64,000 nt of DNA from Trueperaceae bacterium (GTDB taxonomy: Bacteria > Deinococcota > Deinococci > Deinococcales > Trueperaceae), in the NCBI GenBank assembly GCA_965214405.1, contig OZ243956.1:3712001-3776000 (forward strand). The letters are read 5' to 3'. The position numbers and the translations under genes are program-made. Shown piece after piece: positions 38,222 to 47,796 of this stretch (its first letter is position 1; each line of letters opens with the position of its first letter). The notes under the pieces were generated by a model. It was given only the letters and a program-made list of their open reading frames with translations. It was not told where the DNA came from and ran no database searches.

Positions 38222-38959
38222 TTAGCGGGCCAAGCAGATGAGGTGGTCTTCGGTGGTGCGGTAGTGTCGCCTGTCGAAGTGGCCGAAAAACTGCAAATGC
38301 TCAAAGCCTGCGGCGCGTAGGGCGCGCTCGAGTTCAAACCGCGTGAAGTAACGCTGTTTGAGGGTCGTGATTTGTCGTTTGAGGGTGCCGTCTTCGGTTA
38401 CCATGTCGAGGTAATAGCGCGTGGTGATGAGTTGCGCGTCGGGGTCGTGCGTCTGGAGCAAAAAGAGCTCGCTTCTCGGCCCGCCGACGTTTTCCCACTC
38501 GGCTTCGCGGCGCAGCACGTTGAGTTCGTTGAAGTTAGGGTTAAAGAGGTCCAACGCGAACAGTCCGCTGGGCGCTAAATGACGCTTCACCGCGGCGAGG
38601 GTGGCGTCCTGGTCGCTCAGCGTGTAGGCGTGCATGAAGGTATTAAAGGGTGCGATGACGAGGGGGAAAGTTCGCTCGAGGTCGAAGCTGCGCATGTCTC
38701 CTTGTTGTAACTGGACACGGTCATTTAGGCCGAGCCCCTCGAGCCGCGCCCGCCCACGTGTAAGCATCTCTTTAGAAAGTTCAAGACCCACCACCTCGTG
38801 ACCCGCGCGGGCCAGCGCGGCGCTCACGCGGGCGCTTCCTGCGCCGAGTTCCAAAACCGGGCTCCCGTAGTCGTCGGCTAAGCGCGTGTAGAAGGGGAGG
38901 TCATCGCGGTAGCGGGCGTACTGCGCGTCGTAGAGCGCGGCCAAGGAATCATAATTCAC
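38222..38959 (-). CDS. Class I SAM-dependent methyltransferase
   Basis: VLELGAGSAR, GLE.S..M, GDMR; GTGA overlap with the ABC gene. Confidence 0.88.
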   Translation of the reverse strand: MNYDSLAALYDAQYARYRDDLPFYTRLADDYGSPVLELGAGSARVSAALARAGHEVVGLELSKEMLTRGRARLEGLGLNDRVQLQQGDMRSFDLERTFPLVIAPFNTFMHAYTLSDQDATLAAVKRHLAPSGLFALDLFNPNFNELNVLRREAEWENVGGPRSELFLLQTHDPDAQLITTRYYLDMVTEDGTLKRQITTLKQRYFTRFELERALRAAGFEHLQFFGHFDRRHYRTTEDHLICLAR

Positions 38960-40620
38960 GAGAGGACCCTGGGCTCGAGCCGCCCCCGCTCGAGCGTATA
39001 AACCTCGTCGGCGGCGCTCACCAAGGCGGGGCGGTGCGCGACGACGAGCACGAGGCGCGCTTCGGCCTGTTTTTGAAGCGTGGTGACTAAAACGCCTTCG
39101 CTGGCCGCGTCTAGGTTGGCGCTGGGCTCGTCTAAAAGAAGCACCTCCGGCTCCGACAGGAGCGCCCGCGCCACCGCCAAACGGCCCCGTTGCCCACCCG
39201 AAAGCCCGCCGCCGTCTTCGCGTAAGGGGTAGTCGAGGCCGCCAGGAAGGGTGCGGACGGTTTCGGTAAGCTTTACCGCCGCCAGCGCCTCCCAAAGATG
39301 TGATTCGGCATAGTCGCGCCCCAAGAGCAGGTTGTCGCACAAAGAAGCGCGGAAGAGGGCGGTGTCTTGCGGCACGTAGGCGACGCGCGTATGCAAAACG
39401 TCCTCGGGCACCCTCTCGAGCGGCACGCCGTCAAGCGTGATGCGTCCCCCTGTGGGCGGCTCGAGCCCCAACAGCAGCCTCAGCAAGGTCGTTTTGCCGC
39501 TCCCGCTGGTGCCCGTAAGCGCGATGAGCGCGGGGCCGCGGAAGTCGGCGTTTACACCCGTTAAAATTTCATGGGTTCCGTAGGTGAAATGGACGCGCTC
39601 GAGGCGCAGCCGGGGTTTGGGATGAGGCGCAGCGATGGGAGGCGGGAGGGTTTGAGCATTGTCCAACAGCACCTCCGACGACGCCGTAAGAAGGGTTTGC
39701 AGACGTGTGGCGGCGGCCCTCGCACTCTGGAGGAGGGCGTAGCCTCTGGGCAGGAGTTGCGCGGGTGTTGACAGGAGCGCGAGCAGCGTGAGGTAGGCCG
39801 TCACCTCGCCTAAGCTCATCCGCCCGGCGGCGACGCTCCTCGAGAGAATAACCAGGAGCACGGCGACGGCGGCGAACCCGAGCGTCTGAGCCAGTGGCGT
39901 CTGCGCGCCTGCCCAACGCGCGCGGGCGCTCCCTGCGTGCGCGGTGCGCTTATTGGCGGGGCGCAGGCGGTTGAGGAGGAAGGACTCGAGCCCAAACGCG
40001 CGGGCCACTTCACGGTGCTTGAGCCCCTCTTGAAGATGCGCGCCGACCTCCTCGGTGTTCGTTTGAACATCCGTCGAAAGCGCCTCGACCCGCCGCCCTG
40101 TCCAGGTGAGGGTCAGGGCGAGAGGCACCGTCATGACCAGCAGGAGAAGCGTTGCAAGCGGGTTGGAGTAAAAAAGCACCGCCACAATGCCCACGATGGT
40201 CAAACTCTCGGCGACAAGCGTGCCGAGTCCGAACTGCAAATAAACCTCGACTTCTTTGAGGTCGGTGAGCAAGCGGCTGGTGAGGCCGCCGGAGGAGCTT
40301 TCATGTTCCAACGGCCTTTTCAGCAGGTGACGGTAGACCCGCTCGCGCCAAGCCGCGCTCGTCCGGGCGGCAACGTGTCCCAGCAGCGCGTCTTGCGCCC
40401 ACAAGACGCCTGCGCCCGCCACGACTACCGCGCCGCCCACCAGCAGCACCCGCGGCAGCGCCGAGAGGTCCCCCCGGACGAGCACCCGGTCAAACACGGG
40501 TTGAATGAGGAGCGGCGCGACGGCCACGCGTAAAAGCGCGTTGAGCGCGGCTGCGCCGAGGCCGACCAAGGCCGCGCCGGAGCGGGGCAGCAAGAGGCGC
40601 GGGAGGCTCACGGGCCGCAC
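38956..40620 (-). CDS. MsbA-like ABC exporter (TMD+NBD)
   Basis: GTSGSGKTT, LSGGQ, LLLDE, AHR; located in the lpx operon. Confidence 0.85.
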   Translation of the reverse strand: MRPVSLPRLLLPRSGAALVGLGAAALNALLRVAVAPLLIQPVFDRVLVRGDLSALPRVLLVGGAVVVAGAGVLWAQDALLGHVAARTSAAWRERVYRHLLKRPLEHESSSGGLTSRLLTDLKEVEVYLQFGLGTLVAESLTIVGIVAVLFYSNPLATLLLLVMTVPLALTLTWTGRRVEALSTDVQTNTEEVGAHLQEGLKHREVARAFGLESFLLNRLRPANKRTAHAGSARARWAGAQTPLAQTLGFAAVAVLLVILSRSVAAGRMSLGEVTAYLTLLALLSTPAQLLPRGYALLQSARAAATRLQTLLTASSEVLLDNAQTLPPPIAAPHPKPRLRLERVHFTYGTHEILTGVNADFRGPALIALTGTSGSGKTTLLRLLLGLEPPTGGRITLDGVPLERVPEDVLHTRVAYVPQDTALFRASLCDNLLLGRDYAESHLWEALAAVKLTETVRTLPGGLDYPLREDGGGLSGGQRGRLAVARALLSEPEVLLLDEPSANLDAASEGVLVTTLQKQAEARLVLVVAHRPALVSAADEVYTLERGRLEPRVLS

Positions 40621-41822
40621 TCGAGCAGCACCCTTTTAACGAGCCGCGCCGCCGCGCCGGGCGGGGGCATGGTTTCAAGCAGGCGGCTTCTGCGCCGCGC
40701 GCGCTCCTCGGGGTCAGTAAGCAGCCCCACCATTTTCTCGACAACCTCGTCTAAAACAATCTTCCCCTTCATCTCAACCATCAAGTCCTCGCCGCTGAGG
40801 AGGTTGGGCAGCGCCACGGGAAAGTGAGGAGCCGCCAGCCTCACCGCCTGCCGTTTGAGCGTGGTGCCCACAAAAGGTACGAGCGAGAGCCAGTGGCCGG
40901 GACCCTCGAGCGGGATCACCTCGGGTTTGTTGAGGGGCAACAGCACGAGGCTGGGCACCCCCGCGATACCGAGTTCTAAAGTATTGGTGCCCGGAATGGT
41001 GACGGCTAGGTCGGCGGCGCGCATGTGGGCGTAGCGCGCACTCTCGGGGGCAAGCTCGAGCGCGCGCCCCCCCGGCGTGATGACGCTTTTGCTGGATTCA
41101 TCCTCGAGCCGCCCAGCCACGCCGCCGAGTGTTTCTTTGTGAGCGCCCTGAATGCCGGTCTTAACGGCCTCCTCACTCAAAAGTCGGCTCACCGGCCAGA
41201 CGAAGCGGGCCTGCGGGTAGCGTTCGCCCAGCGCGTCGGCGAGCGCAATCATCAGGGGGATGAGGTGGACCGCAAAGGCGTCGCGGCTGCCGGGCATGAG
41301 GAGGACGTGCGGGTTACCGCGTTCGGGCGCGGGTTCGGCGAGCTTGACGGCGTCGGCGACTAAGTTGCCAACTTGCTCCAGACGCTCCCTGGGCGCGCCC
41401 AAAAGCCGCGCCCGGCGCTCGGCGCGCGCGTCGTGGACGAACAGGGCGGCCAATTTGCGGTGCCAGGTGGGCACAAAAGAATAGCGGTAGACGGGATAAC
41501 CAAGTCTTTTACCCAGGTCCAAAGCCATCCCCGCGCTCCCGCCCAAGCTCAGCACGAAGCCGTTGGGGGCGGGGTGCTCGAGCCCCGGCAGTCGCTTGCC
41601 CAGGGCCATAAACCGCGCGAAGTCGCCCGGCGAGGAGACGCTGTCCGCCCCGAAAGTCGCGGCGATGTGCGTTTCCGCGCCGCTCGCAAACTGGCAGGGG
41701 ACGAGGCCGATGTGAACGCGGACGTGCGGGTAACGGCGCAGCTCGGCCAGCACGGGCTGGACCCAGGTGTAGAGTTCGCCGGGGCCGTTGGAGACGAGGA
41801 CGACCTGCATCTGGGCCTGCAT
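40608..41822 (-). CDS. Lipid-A-disaccharide synthase-like glycosyltransferase (LpxB-like)
   Basis: SNGPGE, VGN, LLMPGSR, GT.TLE, LPN motifs; operon context. Confidence 0.75.
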   Translation of the reverse strand: MQAQMQVVLVSNGPGELYTWVQPVLAELRRYPHVRVHIGLVPCQFASGAETHIAATFGADSVSSPGDFARFMALGKRLPGLEHPAPNGFVLSLGGSAGMALDLGKRLGYPVYRYSFVPTWHRKLAALFVHDARAERRARLLGAPRERLEQVGNLVADAVKLAEPAPERGNPHVLLMPGSRDAFAVHLIPLMIALADALGERYPQARFVWPVSRLLSEEAVKTGIQGAHKETLGGVAGRLEDESSKSVITPGGRALELAPESARYAHMRAADLAVTIPGTNTLELGIAGVPSLVLLPLNKPEVIPLEGPGHWLSLVPFVGTTLKRQAVRLAAPHFPVALPNLLSGEDLMVEMKGKIVLDEVVEKMVGLLTDPEERARRRSRLLETMPPPGAAARLVKRVLLECGP

Positions 41823-41823
41823 G

Positions 41824-42612
41824 TTAGACGAAGCGGGCGACGCCGCGGCGACTGGTGGCGCAGAACTCGAGCAGAAGCCTCACGTCACCGCTCACGTCCT
41901 CGGTCTCGGTGGTGAGTTCGTCAAGCCGAACCGCGTCGCGGTAGCGCAGGGCGCGCAGGGCGTGCTCTAGGCGCGCGTAGCGCTCCCCCGTGACGCCGCG
42001 GCGCGTTAAGCCCACCCGGTTGAGGCGGTAGTGCCGCGCCGGATTGCCGCGCGCCATGCTAAAAGGCAAGATGTCCTGGTTGCTCGCGCTGCCCGCGCCG
42101 AACATCGCGTAAGGCCCCACCCGGCAAAACTGGTGCAGCAGCGCCGACGCGCCCAGCACCGCGTAGTCGCCCACCTCGCAGTGGCCGCCCAGTTGCACGT
42201 GCGTCGTCAGCACGCAGCCCCGCCCGACACGCGCGTTGTGCGACGCGTGCGCGTAAGACATCAGCAGCGTGCCCTCGCCTACGCGCGTTTCCTCACCCTC
42301 GCCCGTGGCCCTATGCACGCTCGCAAAGTCGCGCATGACCACCCCGTCTTCTAGAACGGCGGTGCTTGGTTCGCCCCGAAAGCGCGTGTCCATCGGCTCG
42401 CCGCCCACCGTGGCGTAAGGACCCAGCCGACAACCCGCCCCGACGCGCGCGCCGCTTTCTAACACCGTGCCGGGTAGAAGCTGCGTCTTGCGGCCCACCG
42501 TCACGTTCTCATGGATTACCACAAAGGGTCCCACCACCACGTCCGGCGCAAGGTTGGCGCCGGGGTCGATGACGGCGCTCTTGTGGATGCGGGAGGAAAG
42601 AACGTGGCTCAT
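41824..42612 (-). CDS. lpxA: Acyl-ACP--UDP-N-acetylglucosamine O-acyltransferase
   Basis: Hexapeptide repeats; LLMSYAHASHN, HQF, GNPA, LN.VGL.RRG. Confidence 0.9.
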   Translation of the reverse strand: MSHVLSSRIHKSAVIDPGANLAPDVVVGPFVVIHENVTVGRKTQLLPGTVLESGARVGAGCRLGPYATVGGEPMDTRFRGEPSTAVLEDGVVMRDFASVHRATGEGEETRVGEGTLLMSYAHASHNARVGRGCVLTTHVQLGGHCEVGDYAVLGASALLHQFCRVGPYAMFGAGSASNQDILPFSMARGNPARHYRLNRVGLTRRGVTGERYARLEHALRALRYRDAVRLDELTTETEDVSGDVRLLLEFCATSRRGVARFV

Positions 42613-42630
42613 GGCGGGGAGGCTTCGTGG

Positions 42631-42675
42631 TTTGCTGCGTGGTGGCTTGCTGCGTGGTGGCTTGCTGCGTGACGC
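42631..42675. repeat. 15-bp tandem repeat x3 (YTTGCTGCGTGGTGG)
   Basis: Read directly in the fabZ-lpxA spacer; third copy degenerate. Confidence 0.85.
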
Positions 42676-42689
42676 CCACGATATCAGGT

Positions 42690-43157
42690 TTAGCGGGCAA
42701 ACACGAACGACAGATGGGCTTCGGCGGCGACCTCATCACCGACTAGCGCGGTGGCTTGCACCTTGCAGAGCCCACGGCGGAAGAGGAGGATGTCGCCCGT
42801 GAGGCGTAAAGTATCGCCCGGCACGACCTTGCGCTTGAACTTGGCCCCGTCCACCGCCGCAAGATAGCCGACTTTGCCCGCGCTGCCCCCTTCGCGCGCC
42901 GCCAAGCCCACCGCGGCAGCTTGGGCCAGGGCCTCTAAAATCAGCACCCCCGGCATCACCGGCTCGTCGGGAAAGTGTCCCGCAAAAAAGGGTTCATTGT
43001 AAGAGACATTTTTTAGGCATTCAAAATGGTCGCCCTCCAAGGATATAAAGCGGTCCACAAGCAGAAAAGGATAGCGGTGCGGCAAGATTTCGCGGATATC
43101 TATGCGAATATTTGCAGAGCCTACATCATGAATGTCTGGCGGGCTGGCGGTATCCAT
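42690..43157 (-). CDS. fabZ: 3-hydroxyacyl-ACP dehydratase
   Basis: LPHRYPFLLVD, F.GHFP, PGVL..EA.AQ. Confidence 0.96.
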   Translation of the reverse strand: MDTASPPDIHDVGSANIRIDIREILPHRYPFLLVDRFISLEGDHFECLKNVSYNEPFFAGHFPDEPVMPGVLILEALAQAAAVGLAAREGGSAGKVGYLAAVDGAKFKRKVVPGDTLRLTGDILLFRRGLCKVQATALVGDEVAAEAHLSFVFAR

Positions 43158-43166
43158 AGCGGCAGT

Positions 43167-44180
43167 TTATCCCAAAAGGGTCTCGGGTTGGGCGGCCTGC
43201 GCGCCTCGCACCGGCTCGAGCTGGCCCTCCGGCCTCATCTGCGCCATAAGCCGGGTGGCGAGTTTTAAGGAGCGTAAATCGTCGTCTAAAGTGCCGATGG
43301 GGGTGGCGCGGCGGCGGATGCGGGCTAAGAAATGCTCGAGTTCTTTACGCAGCGGGTTGTCCTCCTGGACCACGGTGCGGTCCATGTGAACGTGGCTCGC
43401 GCTACCCGCGCCGTGAACCGTGTGCAGCGGGCGGTAGACGGCCATCTCGGTGTGAGGTTCCTTACCGAAGTCAAGCCGCAGCGTTTTTTCGGCCTCGGCC
43501 ACGACCAAGCTGCGCTCGGCGTCGGGGGCGACGCGCGAGGCCAAAAAGCGGGCGATGCAGCCGTTCTGAAAAGTAATCTGCGCGGCGGCCACGTCCTCGA
43601 AGGGCGTGCCGTTGAGTACCCGCCCCGCGACCGTCACCTCGCTGAGTTCGCTCTGCACGAGCCCCAACACGATGTCGATGTCGTGAATCATCAGGTCCAA
43701 AATCACCCCGACGTCCTTGATGCGCGCGTTGGGCGTGAGGCGGCGCGCTTCAATCAAATAGGGGTCGGTCACCTGGTCGCTTAGGAGCTGCACGGCTCGG
43801 TAGAAGCGGGTGATGTGACCCACTTGCAAAACCCGGTCGAGGCGGCGGCTTAGGTCGGCCAAAAACTGCGCCTGCGGTACGCTCGTCGCGGCGGGCTTTT
43901 CGACGAGCACGTGGACGCCCGCCTCCAAAAAATGTTTGGCGAGGCCGTAGTGCAGGCTGGTCGGCGCGGCGATACTTACGGCGTCGGGGGCTTCGCGCGC
44001 CAAGAGGGTGGCCGCGTCCGCGTAGGCGGCGACGGCGTAGCTCGAGCGCGCCTCCGCGCGGCGCGTTTCTAGGGGGTCGACCACGGCGACGAGGTCGGTG
44101 TAGGGCAGGGCCGCGTAGACGTTGGCGTGGTGTTTGCCCATCACGCCAAAGCCGATCACGGCGACTTTGAGGCTTTTCAT
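43167..44180 (-). CDS. Gfo/Idh/MocA oxidoreductase (GnnA/WlbA-like)
   Basis: G.G.MG..H, EKP, VGH..RF, DLMIHDID. Confidence 0.85.
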   Translation of the reverse strand: MKSLKVAVIGFGVMGKHHANVYAALPYTDLVAVVDPLETRRAEARSSYAVAAYADAATLLAREAPDAVSIAAPTSLHYGLAKHFLEAGVHVLVEKPAATSVPQAQFLADLSRRLDRVLQVGHITRFYRAVQLLSDQVTDPYLIEARRLTPNARIKDVGVILDLMIHDIDIVLGLVQSELSEVTVAGRVLNGTPFEDVAAAQITFQNGCIARFLASRVAPDAERSLVVAEAEKTLRLDFGKEPHTEMAVYRPLHTVHGAGSASHVHMDRTVVQEDNPLRKELEHFLARIRRRATPIGTLDDDLRSLKLATRLMAQMRPEGQLEPVRGAQAAQPETLLG

Positions 44181-44971
44181 AGGGACGCTCCCGGTGTCTG
44201 CAACGTGCGCGTGAGTTCGCGTAAAAACGTGACGTGGGCACCGTGCGAGCCGCGCACGACCTCTAGCCGACCCAAGAGCGGTCGCCCCAAGAGAAAAGAA
44301 TCACCGAGCCAGTCGAGCGCCTTGTGGCGCACGGGCTCATCAGGGTAGCGTAGGAGTTGCAAGGGGGCCTCATCGCCAAAGACGATAGCATTTTCGAGCC
44401 CCGCCGCGGTAGCGAGGCCGCGCGCGCGCAGCGCCTCTAGTTCGCTCAAAAAGCCAAAGGTGCGTGCCGGAAGGAGCGTCTCGTAATCTTCGGGGGAGCC
44501 GCGCCAGCGTTGCCGCCCCACCGCGGGGTGGGCAAAGTGAATGCTCGCGTCTAAGTTCGGGTCGCCGGGCGTGAGCGAGAAACGCGTTTCACCCAAAGAG
44601 AGGGAAAAGGGTTGCGTCACCGCCAGACCTTGCGGCGCTGGGGGCGGCGGGCCGAGCGCGTCCAGCAGGGGCAGCCACGGGGCCGCCGAGCCGTCTAAGA
44701 TAGGCAGTTCGTCCGCGCTCGCTTCGATGACCAGCCCCCGCCACCAGCCGCGCACGTGCAAGGCGGCCAAAAGGTGCTCGACCAACGAGACGCGCGTTCC
44801 GTCCGCACCCAGTGTGGTGCAGCGTGAGGTGCTGGTGACTGAAGCGAGCCTCGCCGGAACCTCCCGCGCGCCCCGCCGAAAGCGCACCCCGCCCTCCGCC
44901 CGGTGCAGGCGCACGCGGCAGGGCGCGCCACTGTGAAGACCTAAGCCGCTCATCGTCGGGCCGCTCATCAT
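44177..44971 (-). CDS. lpxC: UDP-3-O-acyl-N-acetylglucosamine deacetylase
   Basis: [34 protein letters not shown]. Confidence 0.92.
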   Translation of the reverse strand: MMSGPTMSGLGLHSGAPCRVRLHRAEGGVRFRRGAREVPARLASVTSTSRCTTLGADGTRVSLVEHLLAALHVRGWWRGLVIEASADELPILDGSAAPWLPLLDALGPPPPAPQGLAVTQPFSLSLGETRFSLTPGDPNLDASIHFAHPAVGRQRWRGSPEDYETLLPARTFGFLSELEALRARGLATAAGLENAIVFGDEAPLQLLRYPDEPVRHKALDWLGDSFLLGRPLLGRLEVVRGSHGAHVTFLRELTRTLQTPGASL

Positions 44972-46011
44972 GAGCTGTTCTCGTCACGGTCCAAAATCTT
45001 GACGCGCGTCCAGATGGTCTCGAGCCGCCCCAGCAAATAGAGCCCCCGCACCCAGGCGCGGTAAGGCCGCGCCGGAAACCCCGCCCAGGTCTCGCCCGCG
45101 GGCACGTTCTTGATCACGCCCGCGCGCCCCGCAATCTGCGCGCCGTCGCCAATCGTCAGGTGGTCGGCGAAGCCCGCGTTGCCCCCCACCACGACGCCGT
45201 TACCCAGCGTGGTGCTGCCCGCGATGCCGACGGTGCCCGCGACGAGGCAGTCCGCGCCGATGCGGACGTTGTGCCCAATCTGACACAAATTGTCGATTTT
45301 GGTGCGCGGCCCGATAACGGTCGCGTGGAGCGTGCCGCGGTCGACGCAGGTGTTCGCGCCGATTTCGACGTCGTCACCAATCTCAACCGTGCCGAGGTGG
45401 TGAATCTTGACCGCCCCCCGCAGCCCGCGCGCGTAGCCGAAGCCGTCCGCGCCGAGGACCACGCCGCTATGCAGCGTCACCCTCGAGCCCAGCCGAACCC
45501 CGTCGTAAAGCGTGACGTTGGCGTGAAGCACGCACCCCTCGCCCACGACCGCGCCCGCCCCGACGACGCAGCCGGGATGAATCACGCAGCCGTCGCCGAG
45601 CCGCGCGCCCGCCTCAATCACGACACCCGCGGCCACCGAAAGGTTTTCCCCCAGCTCCGCTTTCGGATGAACGTGCGCCGCCGGAGACACGCCGGGCACT
45701 GGGTGGGGTCGCGTGTCGAAAAGGGCGCTCAATGTGGCTAGCGCGAGCCGCGTGTCCGCCACCCGGAGTAGGAGGTGCGGCGAAGTGACCTCCGCCCCCT
45801 CCGGCACCACCACCAGACCCACGGGCGCGCCTTTAAGCGCCACTACCTGCGCCGCCGTCTCCGCCACCACCACGCTGCCGGGTTGCGGCGCTGTGAGGGG
45901 TGCGAGATTTGTAACGGGTTCCGTGACGGGCGTACCCGCGTGTTCAAGCCGCCCACCAAGCAGGGTCGTTAACCTTTCGGCGTCGAGCGGGGCGGGGTCA
46001 GCGCGGGTCAT
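44968..46011 (-). CDS. lpxD: UDP-3-O-acylglucosamine N-acyltransferase
   Basis: GADGFGY, VEIGANT.VDRG, KIDNL.QIGHN. Confidence 0.93.
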   Translation of the reverse strand: MTRADPAPLDAERLTTLLGGRLEHAGTPVTEPVTNLAPLTAPQPGSVVVAETAAQVVALKGAPVGLVVVPEGAEVTSPHLLLRVADTRLALATLSALFDTRPHPVPGVSPAAHVHPKAELGENLSVAAGVVIEAGARLGDGCVIHPGCVVGAGAVVGEGCVLHANVTLYDGVRLGSRVTLHSGVVLGADGFGYARGLRGAVKIHHLGTVEIGDDVEIGANTCVDRGTLHATVIGPRTKIDNLCQIGHNVRIGADCLVAGTVGIAGSTTLGNGVVVGGNAGFADHLTIGDGAQIAGRAGVIKNVPAGETWAGFPARPYRAWVRGLYLLGRLETIWTRVKILDRDENSS

Positions 46012-47758
46012 CGTTTAACGGAGGGTCCTCCTCGATGGGGGGCGACGGAGGCTCGGGCGAGGGCTCGGCTTCGATGATGTCTTCTCCTTCTCCTGACGTT
46101 TCCGGCGTGTCGTCAGCCTCCACAGAAATGTTCACCGTTTGGGAGCCCTGCACGACGTAAGGCAGCGGCAGGCGCTTGAGCCGCTTATATTCACCGTCGA
46201 TATTCGTCTCGACAACCAGCTCGCTCGACTGGACGTGCTCGCGTAAGGCGACGAGGAGTTCGGAAAAGGACAAGACGGGGTCGCCGTCCTCATCCGCGCC
46301 GCCGCCGTCGGCTTGGGCCTCGAGCCCGCCCCGCACGGTCACGTCAAGCGTGCCCGTCGCCTCCTCGGGCAATGGGATGCGCAGCGTTTTGACCTCGGGC
46401 TCGCCCCGGTAGGGTTGCAGCCTCACGAACAAGGTGAGCGTGTCGCCCGCGTTTAACGTGTCAACGTCCGCCACCACCTGAACGACCTCCGCGTACCGCT
46501 GCGCCGAGGTCAAGGTGACGTTGAGATTGACGTTTTCGATACCGGGGTCGGCAAAGATGTTGTCGGCGAGCACCGCCAAGGGTTCGGCGGCGAGCGCGGC
46601 GGCGGCCCCGGCGACGTCGTCAGGGCTGGTGACCTGCTCGAGCACCCGCACCGTCTCGCCGCCCTCAAGCGCGATTTCCCAGGCCAGCTCGGCGGAGCCG
46701 CCGCTCACGTGCTCGCGCGCCTCGTCAAAGACTTGCAGGCTCGCCGCGCCCAACAGCGGCGCGTAAAGCGTGGGGTCGTCGGTCACTTCAAAGCGTTTGG
46801 TCACACTTTCCCGGTCGGCCCTAAGCGTGAGCGATACGGGCAGAAAGTCGGGCGTCTGGTCCAGCGTGCCGCCGATGGCGTAAGACCGGTCTTGAGTCAC
46901 CGCGCCGAGCGCGCGTTCGCCGCTGTCGGCAAGCTTGAAAGGCACCACTTCGCTGGGGACGATATAGGAGACGTAAGCGGGCTCGAGCGCAAACGAGACC
47001 TCACCCTGGTTCAAAAGAGGGTGCCCAAAGGCCAAGAAGGTGCCGTCCTCGTTCAGGCGCGTCAGGGTGCCGACGGCGGCGATGGTCACGTCGCCGCGCA
47101 CGAGCGAGACGCTGATGGCGGAGCCGGGCTCGAGCGTATACGTTTCGTCCCGATTGCTATTCACGCCACCGCCCAAAACCTGCACCGGAAACGGCGTCAC
47201 GTCACCTCTAAAAAGAGGGGAGAGGGCGGCGCTCGAGCGTTCCGAAAGTCCCGATAGGAGCAGGGGCGTAGTCACGGGCATCGCCGGGCCGAGTCCCGCA
47301 AAAGCAGCCTCACCAAAGGGTGTGAAAAAGGGTGTGAATGCAGGGAGCGAGGCGGTTTGTTCAATCTGCGTAGCCCGCTCCATCGTCTCGATGGGCGTGA
47401 CCAGCGCCAAGCTGTGGTCGCTGTTGGGGAAGGTGTAGCCAATCGCGCCCAAGAGCGCATCCTCACCTTCAAAAGGCAGATAGACCGGGCTGCCACTCAT
47501 CCCCGCCGCGACGCCGCCCGAACGCTCGATAAAGGGGCCGCTCGCCCTGACGAGCACCACCGGAAAGCCCGTGCCGACGTCCATTTGCAAGCCCAAAACC
47601 TCGACCGGAAACGTTTCCAACACATTTCCCGGCCCCGCCGTGACGCCGTGGCCCATTTGACCGACGCGAAGCGCATCTAGAGGAAAATCCGTGGGAGAGT
47701 CCGCCGCCCAAGCCCATCCCGCCGTCAGCAGGAGCAAAACCGCCTGAATCCTTAACAC
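45998..47758 (-). CDS. SpoIVB-like peptidase (S55), secreted
   Basis: [17 protein letters not shown]; signal peptide. Confidence 0.82.
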   Translation of the reverse strand: MLRIQAVLLLLTAGWAWAADSPTDFPLDALRVGQMGHGVTAGPGNVLETFPVEVLGLQMDVGTGFPVVLVRASGPFIERSGGVAAGMSGSPVYLPFEGEDALLGAIGYTFPNSDHSLALVTPIETMERATQIEQTASLPAFTPFFTPFGEAAFAGLGPAMPVTTPLLLSGLSERSSAALSPLFRGDVTPFPVQVLGGGVNSNRDETYTLEPGSAISVSLVRGDVTIAAVGTLTRLNEDGTFLAFGHPLLNQGEVSFALEPAYVSYIVPSEVVPFKLADSGERALGAVTQDRSYAIGGTLDQTPDFLPVSLTLRADRESVTKRFEVTDDPTLYAPLLGAASLQVFDEAREHVSGGSAELAWEIALEGGETVRVLEQVTSPDDVAGAAAALAAEPLAVLADNIFADPGIENVNLNVTLTSAQRYAEVVQVVADVDTLNAGDTLTLFVRLQPYRGEPEVKTLRIPLPEEATGTLDVTVRGGLEAQADGGGADEDGDPVLSFSELLVALREHVQSSELVVETNIDGEYKRLKRLPLPYVVQGSQTVNISVEADDTPETSGEGEDIIEAEPSPEPPSPPIEEDPPLNDDPR

Positions 47759-47796
47759 GCCCGCTATCGTACCTCTTTATGACGCCCTGGGTACCT

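Noticed and set aside
38960..39340. Long N-terminal extensions in the ORF track (methyltransferase; likewise truB, EVE, YczE, response regulator)
   Set aside because: They overlap neighbouring genes; better starts with SD or -10 support lie downstream
42509..42739. QQATT-repeat ORF as a gene or lpxA extension
   Set aside because: Different frame from lpxA and overlaps fabZ and lpxA; a by-product of the DNA repeat
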